DNA of 64,000 nucleotides from an uncultured bacterium (GTDB lineage Bacteria; Patescibacteriota; Minisyncoccia; UBA6257; GWB1-50-10): NCBI GenBank assembly GCA_963713955.1, contig OY970216.1, positions 732,562 to 796,561 of the forward strand, read 5' to 3'. Shown piece by piece: positions 60,903 to 64,000 of this stretch (position 1 is its first letter; each line of letters starts with the position of its first letter). The notes under the pieces were generated by a model. It saw only the letters and a program-made list of their open reading frames with translations, ran no database searches and was not told where the DNA came from. The position numbers and the translations under genes were made by a program.

Positions 60903-61727
60903 TTAGTTGTTTTTAGAAAATAGAAAATCACATTTCGTCTCCAAAACATTATGATCAAAGTTGAGCTTTTCCATAAACCCTATAATATCTTGTTTCTGGG
61001 ATTGGGAATCCAATATCTCGCATATGATACGCGTTCCCTTTTTCATGGACGCCAAAGTATTTCTAGCACCTTTTAACACTTCAAATTCATGCCCCTCAAC
61101 ATCTATTTTCATCAAGTTAATCTCCCGGGGATTTATGTTGCCGGATTTAATAAAAGAATCTAATCTGACAACCTCTGCGGTGATATTATCTGCACCGATT
61201 AAATCGCGTTTAAATTTTGATATGCCAGAAAATTCCTCCTCGGCCGCAAAAGGCAACGCGCCATCTATGTCGGATAACCCCACATTATAAATATTAACAT
61301 TACTCAATTTATTCAAAGCAATATTCTCCTCTAGATAGCCGAATGTCCGGCGATTGGGCTCGAAAGCATAAACATCGCATTTTGGGTACTTCATACCAAC
61401 GAATACTGACCATTTTCCTATGTGAGCTCCAATGTCCAAAAAAATACCATTATCGCATTCAAAATATGGTTGCAAGTCCGACTCGAATATCGGCTTTATC
61501 GCATAATCAAAGTCGGTATGATGCCTGATCTTCCAAATCCCGTGTTTTGTTTTCAAAACATAATCCTCGTTAAAGAGATATGGCGTCTTAATATGCAACC
61601 CGGGCACTTTATTAATCATTCTAACCGCTGCTTTCAAAAATTTTTCCGTCAGATATTTGATCTTAAAACCAAAAGGAGCTTCTATATCGGAAAAAACATA
61701 TAGAACATTGGAAAAGATATAACCCAT
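60903..61727 (-). CDS. FkbM-family methyltransferase
   Basis: FLDIGAHIGKWS...YAFEPNRRTFGYLEENI. Confidence 0.75.
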   Translation of the reverse strand: MGYIFSNVLYVFSDIEAPFGFKIKYLTEKFLKAAVRMINKVPGLHIKTPYLFNEDYVLKTKHGIWKIRHHTDFDYAIKPIFESDLQPYFECDNGIFLDIGAHIGKWSVFVGMKYPKCDVYAFEPNRRTFGYLEENIALNKLSNVNIYNVGLSDIDGALPFAAEEEFSGISKFKRDLIGADNITAEVVRLDSFIKSGNINPREINLMKIDVEGHEFEVLKGARNTLASMKKGTRIICEILDSQSQKQDIIGFMEKLNFDHNVLETKCDFLFSKNN

Positions 61728-61776
61728 TATTTATCCCAGGTTTAACTCATTTTACAAATAAAAGCGACTCGCAGAT

Positions 61777-62634
61777 TTAAGCTTTAAGGGTAATAGCTGG
61801 CGCCTGCCATTCCGTTTCCAAATATTCTCTCAGCGCCTCTTGCCATGGCCGCATATAGCCACTGTCGACTTCCAACATTTCGTTATTGGTTCTTTTTGCG
61901 TCAAGATTGAAATATGACGAATCCACTGGAACAACTGGAATGTTTGATTTTAGAACTTTTATAATCTCTTTCGCAACATCGTAACGCGATGCTCTACCTG
62001 TATTTGAAAGATGGAATATGCCGCTTTTATTTTCCGCGATTAGCCTCTTTATGCTGACTACAAGATCTTTAGCAAATGTTGGTGCACCGACTTGGTCCGT
62101 TATCGCCTTTATTTCCTTGACCGCCGGATCTCGGAGCTGCCGCACAATCTTCGCCACAAACTTCCGGTCCTTCTCTGGCCCACCACCCATCATCCAGCAA
62201 GCCCTAACGATAATATAATCATCGAGGTTACCTATTACTGCCAACTCACCTAAATATTTTGAATGCCCATAGAGGTTTTTCGGATTTGGTTTATCACTAG
62301 TTGTGTAGGGTGATGCTTTTTCTCCGTCAAACACTCCAGCGGTAGAAACATAAACCAATTTAGCCTTAACATCGCGAGCCGCAACGCTCATATTGTAAGT
62401 GCCGACACTATTGGTTAGAAACGCGTGCTCGGGATCGCGTTCACACCTGTCAAGGTCAGTTTCTGCCGCCAAGTGTAAAATAACATTTGGTTTATATTTG
62501 TTTGCAACGGCCAACACTTCTTTCAAGTTGGTGATGTCCATGGATTGTCTGTCTGTTTTAATTCCGAAATCAATGTAGCCACCAACTACACCGTTTGCTC
62601 CCGTTATTAATGTTTTGGAAAAGTCAAGCTCCAC
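61777..62634 (-). CDS. rfbD: dTDP-4-dehydrorhamnose reductase
   Basis: LITGANGVVG N-terminus and RmlD-family similarity. Confidence 0.8.
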   Translation of the reverse strand: MELDFSKTLITGANGVVGGYIDFGIKTDRQSMDITNLKEVLAVANKYKPNVILHLAAETDLDRCERDPEHAFLTNSVGTYNMSVAARDVKAKLVYVSTAGVFDGEKASPYTTSDKPNPKNLYGHSKYLGELAVIGNLDDYIIVRACWMMGGGPEKDRKFVAKIVRQLRDPAVKEIKAITDQVGAPTFAKDLVVSIKRLIAENKSGIFHLSNTGRASRYDVAKEIIKVLKSNIPVVPVDSSYFNLDAKRTNNEMLEVDSGYMRPWQEALREYLETEWQAPAITLKA

Positions 62635-63376
62635 AGTTTTTTGATATCCAATTAGTCGCCTTGAGTAACGACTCGAACGTTCCGGCGTCGGACCAGAATC
62701 CGCGAACCAAACTGTAAGTCATCCTGCCTTCCTTTATGTACATATTGTGCACGTCCGTTATTTCCAGCTCGCCGCGGTGAGACGGCTTGAGCTTGCTGAT
62801 CTTATTGAATACGTCGAAGTCGTAGAGATAAAAACCGGTTGTCACCAGATTTGATTTTGGTTTTTTCGGTTTCTCAACAATGCCCATTATCTTACCATTC
62901 TTGACTTCAGCCACGCCGAATCTCTCCGGGTCTTTAACTCTCTTAATGAATACCTTGGAGCCGTTCTCTTTCTCGAATTTTCTCACGGCCTTGGAAAAAT
63001 CTTCCTGGAATATGTTATCGCCTAAAATCACTGCAATCTTCCCGCCATCCGCGAAATCCCTGGCCAGCATCAAAGCTTCGGCTATCCCACCCGCACCGCT
63101 TTGGAGGGCGTAGGAAAGTTTCACTCCGTACTCGTTACCAGAGCCTAAAAAATTCATAAAGTGACCTCCATGTTCCTTCCCGCAAACAATCATCATTTCG
63201 CTTATACCTGACTCCTTGAGTGTTTCAAGAGGATATAAAATCATCGGTTTGTCATAAACCGGCAATAAGTGCTTGTTAGTTATCAGCGTCAGGGGATGCA
63301 ATCTTGTCCCATGCCCGCCGGCCAGTATTACTCCCTTCACTTTTCGCGTTTGTTTTTTATATTGTGACTTTCCCAT
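62624..63376 (-). CDS. rfbA: glucose-1-phosphate thymidylyltransferase
   Basis: KGVILAGGHGTRLHPLT...LGDNIF. Confidence 0.9.
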   Translation of the reverse strand: MGKSQYKKQTRKVKGVILAGGHGTRLHPLTLITNKHLLPVYDKPMILYPLETLKESGISEMMIVCGKEHGGHFMNFLGSGNEYGVKLSYALQSGAGGIAEALMLARDFADGGKIAVILGDNIFQEDFSKAVRKFEKENGSKVFIKRVKDPERFGVAEVKNGKIMGIVEKPKKPKSNLVTTGFYLYDFDVFNKISKLKPSHRGELEITDVHNMYIKEGRMTYSLVRGFWSDAGTFESLLKATNWISKNCGA

Positions 63377-64000
63377 AAATCTATATGGGGGTTAAAAACA
63401 CCGGTCTTCTTGCGAACTTTATTAACCCAGGGTTTATTCCCGAGATACCATTTTATGGTTTCCTTAAAGACTTTGTCAAAACCGTACGCCGGTCTCCATC
63501 CCAACTCACGGCGTATTTTCGAGGGATTTATTGCATACCTTCTGTCATGTCCGGGTCTGTCGGGGACATATTCTATCCACGATTCATCTTTCCCGAAGTT
63601 TTTCAAGATAAGTTTCGCAATCTGCCGATTATTCATTTCATTCCCCGCACCTATATTATAAACCTCCCCTGGCTTCCCCTTGAAAAGCACTTTCTCGAGA
63701 GCGCGACAGTGATCCAAAACGTAAATCCAATCGCGTACGTTTCTCCCATCGCCATAGACCGGCAGTTTTTTCCCTTCTAACATCCTCAAGACGAAGAACG
63801 GTATCAACTTTTCTGGATATTGATAGGGACCGTAATTATTGGAGCAATGGGTGACCACCACGGGAACGCCGAACGTATTATGGTAGGCTCGGCAGAGCAT
63901 GTCTCCTCCGGCTTTGGTGGCAGCATAGGGGACATTCGGCGCGAAAGGAGTGGATTCCTTAAATTTGGAATTTGATTTCAGGCTCAAACTCCCATAGACC
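63337..64000 (-). CDS. rfbB: dTDP-glucose 4,6-dehydratase (C-terminal part; N-terminus off-window)
   Basis: PYAATKAGGDMLCRAY (YxxxK) and NNYGPYQYPEKLIP motifs. Confidence 0.85.
   Translation of the reverse strand, partial: VYGSLSLKSNSKFKESTPFAPNVPYAATKAGGDMLCRAYHNTFGVPVVVTHCSNNYGPYQYPEKLIPFFVLRMLEGKKLPVYGDGRNVRDWIYVLDHCRALEKVLFKGKPGEVYNIGAGNEMNNRQIAKLILKNFGKDESWIEYVPDRPGHDRRYAINPSKIRRELGWRPAYGFDKVFKETIKWYLGNKPWVNKVRKKTGVFNPHIDLWESHNIKNKREK

Overview
This 64-kb window looks like a small-genome, CPR/Patescibacteria-like bacterium (inference from the feature mix). It holds the 5' part of a 23S rRNA gene, which appears to carry a ~265-nt insertion bounded by an inverted repeat. An intact 16S rRNA gene lies ~10.7 kb away, interrupted by an ~866-bp intron that encodes a LAGLIDADG homing endonuclease. 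Between the two rRNA genes are a tRNA cluster (Trp, Thr, one tRNA with a ~200-nt intron, and one split or disrupted tRNA), pcm, and a type IV pilus / type II secretion locus (PilB/GspE ATPase, PilC/GspF, several prepilin-like genes, a CheY-like receiver). Elsewhere there are ribosomal proteins L31 and L25, a release factor RF1 lacking domain 1, and a sugar-phosphate cluster (fba, PfkB kinase, split transketolase, pyrG, rpe, rpiB, gap). An IS3-family element with a programmed -1 frameshift site sits next to gap. There is also a giant secreted nuclease-like protein with lamin-tail domains, and a PolX / LTD-protein / REP-associated tyrosine transposase (RAYT) module bracketed by inverted 33-bp elements. 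Further on are two signal-peptidase-I paralogs, each next to Gly-rich proteins that share a 'VGIGT...DAATKAYVD' motif, and a redox cluster (trxB, DsbA-like, small zinc-ribbon proteins). The window ends in a surface-polysaccharide locus (flippase, phosphoglycosyl transferase, GT1/2/4, two O-methyltransferases, rmlABD). Signals not explained by annotation include a three-copy ~85-nt structured repeat family with compensatory stem changes, a 16S 3' end without CCUCC together with promoter -10 boxes abutting start codons, a recurring TTATCCACA motif in promoters, and two candidate ncRNAs.
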